DNA of 64,000 bases from Guillardia theta CCMP2712. Lineage: Eukaryota > Protista > Cryptophyta. This document shows, in pieces, positions 1 through 10,445 of this stretch. The stretch spans positions 883,165 through 947,164 of the forward strand of contig NW_005434670.1 in assembly GCF_000315625.1 (NCBI RefSeq). Direction: 5' to 3'. The stretch's first letter is position 1. Each line of letters opens with the position of its first letter. The position numbers and the translations under genes are program-made. The notes under the pieces were generated by a model. That model worked only from the letters and a program-made list of their open reading frames with translations, did no database searches and was not told the origin of the DNA.

Positions 1-856
1 GAGAGAGAGGGGGGGGAAGAGGGAGGGAAGGAGGGAGGAAGGGCAAGGCAACAGCAAGGCATCAAGGTCTCATCGCGCCGCTCACAAACTGCAGCTGTCG
101 CGCCATGTGGGGAGTTGGCTCCTTGGTCCTCGACACCATGATGAGGTAGATCGGGCCTCGGATCAGGAAAACGATCTTGTGATCTCCCGCGAAGACGACG
201 CGGGGTATGTCGTCATGCTGCGTCATGAAGGAGACAAGGGAGCCTGCAGAGCCTTGGTGATCCCACCATCCTCCGGACCTCAACAACCTACACATCACTC
301 CGAAGAGCGGGTTGAGCTTGTCCTCGTCCCCGTAGCGCGTGAAGATAGGCTTGCCGGCAGAGGAGACAACAAAGACATGCTTCTTCCTCCGCCGCCAGCG
401 CGGGTGCGAGCTGTCTTCATCCCGGTGCATCCCGTTCAGCGAGACCTTGCTCGGACCGAAGGACTGGCCGACATGTCAGACGAGGGGTGAACATGATCAG
501 GACATGTTCACATCGTTCAGCGCAAAGTGAGGTTGAGACTCTTCAGACTCAGCATCGGGTTGTCCGTTCTCCTGCAACGGTATCACAACACAGCAGCTGC
601 TCAGGACGGTAGGACGAAGTTCAAGCACACAAGATCTCACGTCGTCAAGTATTTCCGTATCGTCAGCATTTCGACTGCTCTCGTCGCCATTCGACTCCAG
701 GTCCTCGGGATCTTTGTGCGGGATCGCTTGCTCAGCTTCGTCAACAGCTTGCGGTTCATTCTCAGCTTCCAAGCTCTCCACCGGCTCCTTCTCAGCGTCC
801 TCGTCCATGGTCCCCTTCTCCTGCTCAGTACAAGTTGGCGGCCTGCGAGACATCAT
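1..856 (-). CDS. MON1: Vacuolar fusion protein Mon1 (5' part; spliced, continues beyond window start)
   Basis: KKHVFVVSSAGKPIFTRYGDE..L..LFGVM and KIVFLIRGPIYLIMVSRTKEP..MARQL match the first longin domain of Mon1/SAND; acidic N-terminal exon at 497-856. Confidence 0.9.
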
Positions 857-2359
857 CAGACCAGGACTCTCTGCTTGTCTGGATTTCCTCTTTCAAAGCT
901 CATCACCTTCCTCTCCCTCTCCCCATCTGCCCTTCTCATCGCACTCTGTCCCAACTCCCATCTCTACATTGGTTTACATATCATATGTTTCAGTGCTTCA
1001 TGTACGTGCAAGCTTAACTGTTGACTCTGGCTCTGCCTAGCAAGAGGTTCCCTGTCCGGCCATCCTCCTGTGTGATGGCAGATCTTCCTCTACCTGCATC
1101 CCTGCATCCCTGCATCCCTGCCCGCCCGTCGGCTCTGCCATGGCCTAGAAGCGTCTGGGTGCAGTGAAGCATCGCTCTGCCACGACCCAAAGGGCCTTTT
1201 TTAAAAGAACATTTTATATAAAATATTTTTGACAAGTGTCTCGGATAAAGAGCTAATCAAAAACGCAGGCGGGCTTACTTTTCTTAATACTTAAGCAAAC
1301 TTTACAAATATTTATTAATTTAGATAGCATTTCCGGAAGGCAGCAAATTGTTGTTATACACAAAGGTTTTTGTTTGCAAAGAATTTTACATTTGTACCTC
1401 AACTTCAGTCTTCCCTGGGCTGGTACATTGCAGTGATCAATAATCTAATTATGGAAAGTACAGATAGCGACATACAATTTTGTAGCGAAAAATTGTACCA
1501 ACAAAAATTTCACTACTGAAACGTTTGAGCCTGGTACCTCCGCTGCCCCCCACGATCTCTCTGTCGTGATTATATTTCTTGTACCTTCAAGCTTACATGA
1601 TTATAAATAATGAAACTTTGTACAATTTATATCTTTATACTCTCCATTGTACATTATATCAGAGGTACATCATATTATAAAGTTTTACATTTAAAACTCC
1701 AATTTAATCTGGCGGTATCTCCTCCACGTTTCACTTGAAAAAAACGGAGATGAGACCCCCCACCTCCCCCTTCATAGGGGTCCAAATAGCCCAGTGATGA
1801 CCCGGTCCAAACATATATTTTTTGAGGGTATTCCGGATAGGTGGGGTAGACAATTGCGACGAGGGTGGGAGGGTAGGGAAGCGATGCGCCCCAGCAAGAT
1901 GCAAACGTTTGAGAACTCCGGAAAATTGATTATCAGTTTTCAATAATACAACAGTAATTTTCAAAATTACCTTAATTGTTTGGGACAATTGATGATAAAA
2001 GCCAGTTGTCGCAAGCCCTCTCCGTGAAGGATGTTGCTACGACAAACTAAAAGAAATGGCCGTAGTCGAGCAAGCGGATCGACATGGGACGAGAGGAGGA
2101 GGGAAACGGCAGGGCAGGGCAGGGCAGGGCAGGGAAGCTCAGGAGAGATGAAGGGACGAGACGAGGCTGCGTCGAGTAGCATGAAATCATGATCAGCGTG
2201 AAAGGGACAGAGAGATCCCCGTGTCTGGTGGTGATTGTACCTGAGAACATGCCGCACGGAAGACTGCATTGCTGTGTTCTAGCCTTTGCTGTGCCTATGG
2301 AACTGACTGGTTGTGCAGAGGAGAAAATCTTATTCGAATCTTTCAAACACTACTAGGAG

Positions 2360-5300
2360 ATGTCCTATCTTCGACTCTCTCAGCGTTCTCTGTGGAAAGC
2401 GGGACAGGTTGCTCGCCGTGGATTGTCTACCAAGAGTTTTGAGTTCCCTGAGAAATGGGCGAAGCTGGCTAAGAAGGAGACAGGGTTTGAGGACCCAGGC
2501 AACCAGCTTCTGTGGAACACACCTGAGGGCATCTACGTGAAGCCCCTGTACCTTCCCAGAGACATTGACATGAAGGAAATCAGTGAAGACCTTCCCGGCG
2601 TCTATCCGTTCACTCGTGGGCCTTATGCCACCATGTACACTCAGAAGCCTTGGACCATCAGACAGTATGCTGGGTTCAGTACTGCAGAAGCAAGCAATGC
2701 ATTTTACAAGAAGAGTATCGCAGCAGGCGGGCAAGGACTGAGTGTGGCTTTTGACCTTCCCACTCACAGAGGTTTTCACAAATTCTTTCATCGGTGTGTC
2801 AAGTGACTTGTAATGCTCAGGATACGACTCTGACAATGAAAGAGCCATGGGCGATGTTGGCCTAGCTGGTGTGGCCATTGACACTGTGGAAGACATGAAA
2901 GTGCTTTTCAATGGTTGTTGCATGAATTCCATCGTTTTGGATTGTTTGAATGAGTATTTACAGGTATTGCCCTCGACAAGATCTCGGTCAGTATGACCAT
3001 GAATGGCGCAGTCCTTCCCGTCATGGCATTTTACATCGTCGCAGCGATGGAGTCTGGAGTGACACCAGAAAAGCTCACCGGAACCATTCAGAACGACATT
3101 CTCAAGGAGTACATGACTCGCAACACTTACATATACCCACCGGAGCCTTCTCTACGAATTATCAGTGACATCATGGGATACTGCTCCAAGAACATGCCGA
3201 GGTTCAATACTATCAGCATTTCCGGGTATCATATGCAGGAGGCGGGCGCTCCCGCACACTTGGAGTTGGGTTTCACAATTGCTGACGGGATAGAGTACGT
3301 GCGGTGTGGCACGGCAGCGGGAGCGAGTGTGGACGACCTTGCTCCAAGATTTTCTTTCTTCTTTGGTATCGGAATGAACTTCTACATGGAGGTCGCAAAG
3401 CTCCGTGCAGCAAGAAAGCTCTGGGCCCACGTGATGAAGAAATACTTCAACCCCAAGAAGGAGAAGTCCCTTCTGCTCAGAACTCACTGCCAGACGTAGC
3501 CCCTCCACCAGTGTCAAAGGTCTGCTGACTTTTGCCTAGATCCGGCTATTCTTTGCAAGCTCAGGATCCATACAACAATGTTGTGAGGACAACAATTGAG
3601 GCCATGGCTGGTGTGTGAAACCTGGTTTGCCAAAGCCCTGAATCTGACTGATATCCAGCGGTGATGGGTGGAACACAGTCACTTCACACAAACTCGTTTG
3701 ATGAAGCCATTGCCCTTCCAACTGAGTTCTCTGCTCGAATTGCAAGGAACACGCAACTTATTCTTCAGTAAGTTACGATTGATCATATTCGACAAATCTA
3801 AACCCTGTGCAGGCATGAGACTGGAATCTCAAAAGTCATTGATCCATGGGCGGGCAGCTACATGATGGAGGCCTTGACTCAGGAGCTCTATAATTCTGGA
3901 CTTGCAATTGTTGAGGAGGTTCCATGCCGACATACATTTTACGAATTTTACTCTTTGCATTACACAGATTGAAGCACTGGGTGGCATGGCAAAAGCAGTC
4001 GAATCTGGAATGCCCAAATTGAAGATTGAAGAATGCGCTGCTCGCAAGCAGGTGATTGTTCATATTTAAAACATGCTTTCTTCTCAAGTAGCTGAACATC
4101 ATCAGGCAAGAATCGATGCTGGCCTTGACGTTGTGGTTGGTGTCAACAAGTATAAACCTGAGGTAGCTAAATTAGAAGTTTTTCTAGTGTGAATGCTAAG
4201 ATTTGCATATAGAAAGAGCAAAAGGTTGATGCATTCATCATTGATAACCAGGCTGTCAAGGAATCTCAGGCAACGACATATACTATTCTCTAACATTGGA
4301 TTTTGACCCATTTCTATCAGTTGAAGAAACTCGCTTCTGTGAAATCGAGCAGAGATCAAGCAAAGGTTGATAAGGCGTTGGCAGATTTGAAGGTAAAGAA
4401 ACTCGAACAGCTCGTCAAGGTCATTGAAGATTTTTGTGATTTCAGACTGCTGCATCTGGAGCGCACGAGCCTCCCCCCCGCAATCTTTTGGAATGTTGTG
4501 TGGAAGCAGCCAAGGTATTCGAATGGGCAAATCCAAGGCACTGCATCTCTTGATTATCTTGTTCAATCTTAGGTCCGGGCCACTTTGGGAGAGATTTCTG
4601 AGACCCTGGCTGACATCTTTGGTCGCCACAAAGGAGGCTTGAAGATCAATGTTGGTAAGAAACATGTCCGAAAGCAAGACCATCCCGAAGTTCAAAGCAT
4701 TTTTGAGCGTGTTGTATGTTGCTCAGGACCATTTTGTTGACTGATTCTTTAGGAGCATATTCGTCTGAATACGGAAACAGTGATGAGGTGACAAAAACTC
4801 GCGAACTAGTCGACAAATTTGCAAAGGAGGCAGGAAGGCGACCAAGGTGCATTCACTTCATGAAGTATTCCAATCTTGACTTCTTGTTGTCCAGAATTCT
4901 GGTTGCAAAGATGGGACAAGACGGTCATGACCGAGGACAGAAGGTATTGTAACCTTCTCTCTCAGAGAATGTCATTGATGATCGATCTCTTTGTTTTCAG
5001 GTTATTGCCAGTGGTTTCGCTGATCTTGGATGGGACGTGGACATTGGATCTCTGTTTGCGACACCCAATGAAGTCGCTGTTCAGGTAACGTTGACTGATA
5101 ACTGACATGGACCTGAGCGATCGATCCAACAGGCCTTGGACGCTGATGTACATGTCGTAGGAATTTCAACTCAAGCGGCAGGTCACAGGTAGAGCACTGA
5201 AAGGTAGTAATCTTGCTGCTTATCGTGCATGTCAGGACTCTTGTTCCCGCATTGGTCAAGGAACTAGAAACGCTTTCCAAGTCTGCAGGGCTCAAAGTTG

Positions 5301-5550
5301 CTCCAAAGGTGTCGAACGGTAACAGAGTGTGATAGCCAGGTCTTGACCCGGTGATTGGAGGTTGTTGTTGGAGGAGTGATCCCTGAGGGCGACTACGACA
5401 TGCTCTATCAGGCAGGTGCCGTTGCTGTCTTCGGTGAGCTTTCCCTCTCTAATTCGCTTCTGCGCATTGACCCGTGGTTTCCTCAAAGGACCCGGAACAC
5501 AAATCCCAGCAGCCGTACGTGAAGTTCTTTCAAAGCTTCAGCCACAGTGA
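2360..5550 (+). CDS. MMUT: Mitochondrial methylmalonyl-CoA mutase (adenosylcobalamin-dependent), many short introns
   Basis: Transit-like N-terminus, [64 protein letters not shown]12 motif [11 protein letters not shown]-terminal GPGTQIP; stop TGA 5548-5550. Confidence 0.97.
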
Positions 5551-5759
5551 AGTTCGAAACAAGTATGAATATTGCAGCAGCAAGAGAGCGTCGGATTCAT
5601 TCAAAACGTTTTCGATCAGCTCGGACCCAAATCGCTGGCACACGCAGTGTATCCTTACGTCTACCTAACCCTCCTTATCGGAGTGATAAGTGCTACCATG
5701 AACATATTGTTCTGCGAAAGAATTGCTATAAAACAATGACAGGTCATCAATCCACACAC

Positions 5760-6875
5760 TCAGCCTGATCCATTTTCAGCCCAATTTCTCAGCTCCTCGT
5801 CGGGGAATTCCGACATGACGGCTTCATTCCATAGTCGCAGCATTTCAGGAGTGAAGTGCTTTCCCCCGTCGCCCAACTTCCCTCTATAGATGACCGACCC
5901 TCTTACGCTCTCATCACAGAATGTCGACCCGCACATGATAGATGCGTTGGGGTATAACTTGTTCGACCATAGCCGATAATTAAACTTGTCCTCGTGCTTT
6001 TTCATGTACGAGAACTGACATTTCTGCACCACTCGAGCATGCTCTTCGTCTGTCAGCTTGACGTTCAAGAAGTCAGCGAGCTTGCGAACTCCACCATCCA
6101 AGTCTTTCTTCATGTCTGAGTAATGAAGAAGAAGCACGTTCTTCTCATGGCGTACTTTCCACCATGACTTCACATAGCCGAAGTAGAGGTATTCCAGCAG
6201 CCCTCCAGGGAGGAAGTCTTTCAGGGCGGTCATCTTATCCTCGTAAGAGGGAGGGAATCCTCCCCACATCTTCTTGAACTCGGGTCTGTGCTTGGCAAAA
6301 AACGTGTAGAAGCTCGCAACAACGTCCATGCTATTTCTTGCCATCCCGATGAATTTCACGTCGGGGTAATCCTTCACAGGGAGTACATCATCCAAAGAGC
6401 CATTCTCAACCTTTGGGCCAAAGTGAGATTTGAAAATTCTGAAGGGATACGCCTTATTGTCCCAGTGGTCCTTCAACATACTCCCATCATCCAAGACAGT
6501 CGTGTTCAAAAGCTCTTTGAAATGTTGCCAAGTCTGACCAGGAAGATGCTTGTTTCCTATCCAAGGGGTAGCGATGTTTACGTCCTCGAAAGGAATTTCG
6601 TCTGAACCCTTAGTTCGTATCTGGTGAGCACAAAATAGCATCCAAGTCGTGCCGGACTTGGATGCAACCGAGATAATCACATCGCCAGGCTTCGTCCACG
6701 TTCCGAATTCCTCCTTCATGAAGGGAGTCCTATCAAAATAAGGCGGCATCTCATAACCCAACAATCCCCAGAGCATGAAACCATTAGGAATCATAAGTAG
6801 AAGCTCTGGCATTATAGCCACTGCCACTGCCACTGCCGCCACTACCACCGCAATCGCCATACCCAGCCTCGCCAT
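5760..6875 (-). CDS. Intronless PAPS-dependent sulfotransferase (Sulfotransfer_1) with N-terminal signal anchor
   Basis: 5'PSB motif KSGTTW, 3'PB motif RNSMDVVASFY, LLHYSDMKKDL, RGKLGDGGKHFT; first ATG at 6875 followed by a hydrophobic stretch. Confidence 0.9.
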   Translation of the reverse strand: MARLGMAIAVVVAAVAVAVAIMPELLLMIPNGFMLWGLLGYEMPPYFDRTPFMKEEFGTWTKPGDVIISVASKSGTTWMLFCAHQIRTKGSDEIPFEDVNIATPWIGNKHLPGQTWQHFKELLNTTVLDDGSMLKDHWDNKAYPFRIFKSHFGPKVENGSLDDVLPVKDYPDVKFIGMARNSMDVVASFYTFFAKHRPEFKKMWGGFPPSYEDKMTALKDFLPGGLLEYLYFGYVKSWWKVRHEKNVLLLHYSDMKKDLDGGVRKLADFLNVKLTDEEHARVVQKCQFSYMKKHEDKFNYRLWSNKLYPNASIMCGSTFCDESVRGSVIYRGKLGDGGKHFTPEMLRLWNEAVMSEFPDEELRNWAENGSG

Positions 6876-7254
6876 TTTCAATCCTTTCAATTGCACCACC
6901 CTACCCTCTCAGATCGGACACACTTTTGGACACAGCGACATTAGGGGTACCCAGTACTATTTCACGCTTATCACCCCAACTTACTAGTCATTTCTTCACC
7001 CCATCTTGTTGCTTTCCTCTACCCCTACCCCCCTTGTTAGTGCCTTTCACCTGTGTACCCTTCAGTTCGCTTTACACACACAGTGCACTGGTACCCTCCC
7101 CACCCCCACCCCCGTCATCACAGCAGCCCTGCACCGCCCCGTCACTGCACGTGAAAGTACCCTCCCCTTATAGTGGACAAGGACCCCTACCTTCATCAGG
7201 ACACGTAACTTGTTGACTGATAATAATCAAAAACAATTTTAAGTTTTTTTTCTG

Positions 7255-7889
7255 TCACGGAATGCCCGGCGGCACGGCGCGGCGCAGTAGAGCCTGCTGC
7301 TAGTCTTAGTACCGGAACTTGATGAGTAACAATACTCTGGTACCGGAACTTCGGAGATAACTTACTGAACTAAAATAATGATCCCGTCATTGAACCGTCT
7401 TCAAACCTGTCCGATCACAGCCACGACGGTACGGTATGATAGTCAGCCTACGATTAACCTGCCAAGTCACTGGCGTGACGGGCCGCCGTACTAGGGTCAA
7501 GCCTCCTCGACTCTCCTGATTGTCCTCGTACTGATTTTTAACTTAACTTTGAGTAAAGTCCTCGAAGCGGCTGAGCGGAGCTCCGCGCCGACCGCAGCGC
7601 CGGGGCGTGACGGAAAAAAGACTGCCGGCCACCTCAACTCAAGACTTGAAAAAGGCTTTAATCCACCTCTTGGAGTACTGTCAGGCTTCAGTGTGGCCCA
7701 GTGACACCTGCCGCGCAGTCACGGCCGTGATCGGACCCCGAGGCTCCGTGATGGTACGGTAGTACGGTACGCGCGGCCGGGCCGGGCGGCGCCCGGCCCG
7801 GGCGGCCCGCGCCGCCGCGCCGCGGCGCGCGGCGCGGCGGGGTCACCATGAGTCGGACGCGGGGACCTGGCAGCCGCGCCGGCCACTGC
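7255..7889. other. GC-rich palindrome-scar island 1
   Basis: Dense odd palindromes with C/G centre (GTCAC, GTGAC, GAGTC, GTACGGTAC, CCGGG, GCGGC); no credible ORF. Confidence 0.7.
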
Positions 7890-9306
7890 TGATGGAACGT
7901 ATGCCAGCCGTGCCAGTCAGATAGCGCCGAGTTAACAAAAACTCTCCTGTAAACCAAGACGACTTACGTGGCGAGGCGGCATGTAGTACATGGGATGAAG
8001 AGGGGACTTTCCTAGCCGTCTTGTTAAGGTCCTCTCATGTCTGGATGCTTGGGTTTCACATCCTAGCATACAGTCTATGTCTCATGTGCTCCTCAATACT
8101 GGTTTTGTGTGCATTAAACTCGGTCTTGAGCAAAAACTGTCTTGTTACAACTAAGGTCGATGTGATATCTGCGTGACTTTGGACTAGTACAAGTCTAACA
8201 AACTTGTATTCCGTCGGTTATGGGCCCCGATTACATGCTCAATCATGTTGATCTTATATTTGGTTAGTTGAATTGTTTACTGAAGTTTTTTCTTTCTTGG
8301 TATTGTTTTCCGTTACTGTTGAAAATTCATGCAACTTTCTATCAAGCCTTACACATTCGGATGACTCTTCTCTTCAATCAGGCTCTCTCTCTAGCCGCAA
8401 GTTGCTTAGGCCTCTCATCCCAGCCTCAATTTGTTTGATTGATCTTCGAATAGGAAAAACAAGCCTTTCCCCAGCCAGATTGGTCGGTCGAATATCTGCT
8501 TAACCGTGTGGAAACGCACTTGAAGCTGATTCGATTCTTATTTTCTTGATCTTTGAGTAGGATCACATGGAACTACCAGGAGATCTGGCGGAAGTTTCAT
8601 GTCATGGAGCTAGGCTGTGGCATGCATAACTGGAGCTACTTCTGGATCGGCGAACAAGGTACAACTGCAAATTATCTTCAGATGCCTTGAAACGGATGTT
8701 CCAATCTCGCGGCAGCAATCTCTGGTCACAAGTTCTTTACGGTTCAAAAATTTATCTTTTGGTCTTCAAATGCTGGCGAGCAAACTTCTCTCGTCTTCTC
8801 TTTTATTTTCTCTCTTCTCAGACACTCTTATCTTTACTCTATCTCTCTTCATTGCATCCGCTCGCTATGCATCTCCTTTATCTCTTTACTGCACATCTAA
8901 TAGCCCTGCATGAAAATCTTCTTCAGAATGGACAATCCTTGAATGGTTATTGCCCACTCAGCATGACTGTGAACTTGAAGTTGTATCATCGTATCTTGAC
9001 TTGGATCTGCTGACATTCTTGTTTGTGTGACTTTCTGCCGTCCGATGTAACGTACTATTTCAGAAACTCGGGGGGAGGATGGAACGTATGCCAGCCGTGC
9101 CAGTCAGATAGCGCCGAGTTAACAAAAACTCTCCTGTAAACCAAGACGACTTACGTGGCGAGGCGGCATGTAGTACATGGGATGAAGAGGGGACTTTCCT
9201 AGCCGTCTTGTTAAGGTCCTCTCATGTCTGGATGCTTGGGTTTCACATCCTAGCATACAGTCTATGTCTCATGTGCTCCTCAATACTGGTTTTGTGTGCA
9301 TTAAAC
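7890..9306 (+). mobile_element. Non-autonomous copia-type LTR element (TRIM-like): 5' LTR 7890-8215, PBS 8216-8227, ~850 bp non-coding interior, PPT 9070-9077, 3' LTR 9078 to gap
   Basis: Matching direct repeat 7891.. vs 9078..9306; GGTTATGGGCCC half-tRNA-iMet-type PBS; GGGGGGAG polypurine tract; no gag/pol ORF. Confidence 0.85.
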
Positions 9307-9406
9307 NNNNNNNNNNNNNNNNNNNNNNNNNNNNNNNNNNNNNNNNNNNNNNNNNNNNNNNNNNNNNNNNNNNNNNNNNNNNNNNNNNNNNNNNNNNNNN
9401 NNNNNN
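9307..9406. other. Assembly gap (100 N)
   Basis: Run of N. Confidence 1.
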
Positions 9407-9749
9407 GTAATCGGGGCCCATAACCGATGGCAAGTTATACGTCGGTCGGTACTAGTCCAAAGTCACGCAGATATCACATCGACCTTAGTTGTAACAAGAC
9501 AGTTTTTGCTCAAGACCGAGTTTAATGCACACAAAACCAGTATTGAGGAGCACATGAGACATAGACTGTATGCTAGGATGTGAAACCCAAGCATCCAGAC
9601 ATGAGAGGACCTTAACAAGACGGCTAGGAAAGTCCCCTCTTCATCCCATGTACTACATGCCGCCTCGCCACGTAAGTCGTCTTGGTTTACAGGAGAGTTT
9701 TTGTTAACTCGGCGCTATCTGACTGGCACGGCTGGCATACGTTCCATCA
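9407..9749 (-). mobile_element. Inverted 5' LTR (9426-9749) plus PBS (9414-9425) of the same family
   Basis: Reverse complement of 7890-8235 except a ~20 nt divergent U5 tip; followed by ACTGC (9750-9754), which matches 7885-7889. Confidence 0.88.
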
Positions 9750-10075
9750 ACTGCCCGGCCGGGATCGGACTTCAAAGGCTTTACTGAGTCAAATCGGACT
9801 AGGCACCGTCTCCATTACGGTGGTTGGAGTCTCAGCCGCTCCCCGACTCCGAACCGGGGCCTGGAGCCGCGTCCGACGGTGCGCCGGGCCGCGGCTCAGT
9901 CGCCGACGGTCGAGTCACCGTGGCAGTGATCCGATCGGATCACCCCGGGCCCCAGACCCAGGGATCGCCCGCCGGGATCCGATCCGTGGCATGATCCGAT
10001 CGCCCGGCTGCCGCCGGGGCTCGGACTCCCCTGGGGGGCCCGATAATCGCCCGGCCCGGGCAGGGTACGAGTGGA
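9750..10075. other. GC-rich palindrome-scar island 2
   Basis: GATCCGATC repeats, perfect 18-bp palindrome GTGATCCGATCGGATCAC at 9926-9943, ACTGAGTC, CCGGG. Confidence 0.7.
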
Positions 10076-10445
10076 GACGAGGGCCTACAGCTGGAGTGCA
10101 AGCAATGTCCCTTCCAAAGCCAGCGTAGCAAAGAGGAAGAGGAAGAGGAAGATGAAGATGAAGGTGGAAAGGGAAGGGGAAGGGGAAGAGCCCCAAATAC
10201 GAGGAGGAGACGCGAGCAAGAGGCTCAGAGATTGGATGAGGAAGTTGAGATGAAAGCAGGAAACAACGCAACCATCCTGCTCTTTGACTTGCCCGCCTCA
10301 TGTTGGCGGATAATAGCAGTGAGCATTTGAGCGAGCAAAGTATGCAAGAACCCTTTGAGAAGGCAAGATGAAGAAGCGGAAGATTCACAAAGTAGAGAGA
10401 TGAGTCCAACCTGTTGCTCAACTACTGTGCAGGAGTACGTTGAAG

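Noticed and set aside
7890-9749. DIRS/Polinton/virophage interpretation of the inverted repeats
   Set aside because: PBS, PPT and a direct LTR pair identify a copia-type LTR; no tyrosine recombinase, polB or capsid ORF is visible.
7688-10128. ORFs 7688-7957(-), 9682-10128(+) and 16535-16849(+) sharing VFVNSALSD
   Set aside because: The shared peptide is just the LTR read antisense and running into GC-rich island sequence; it has no protein features.
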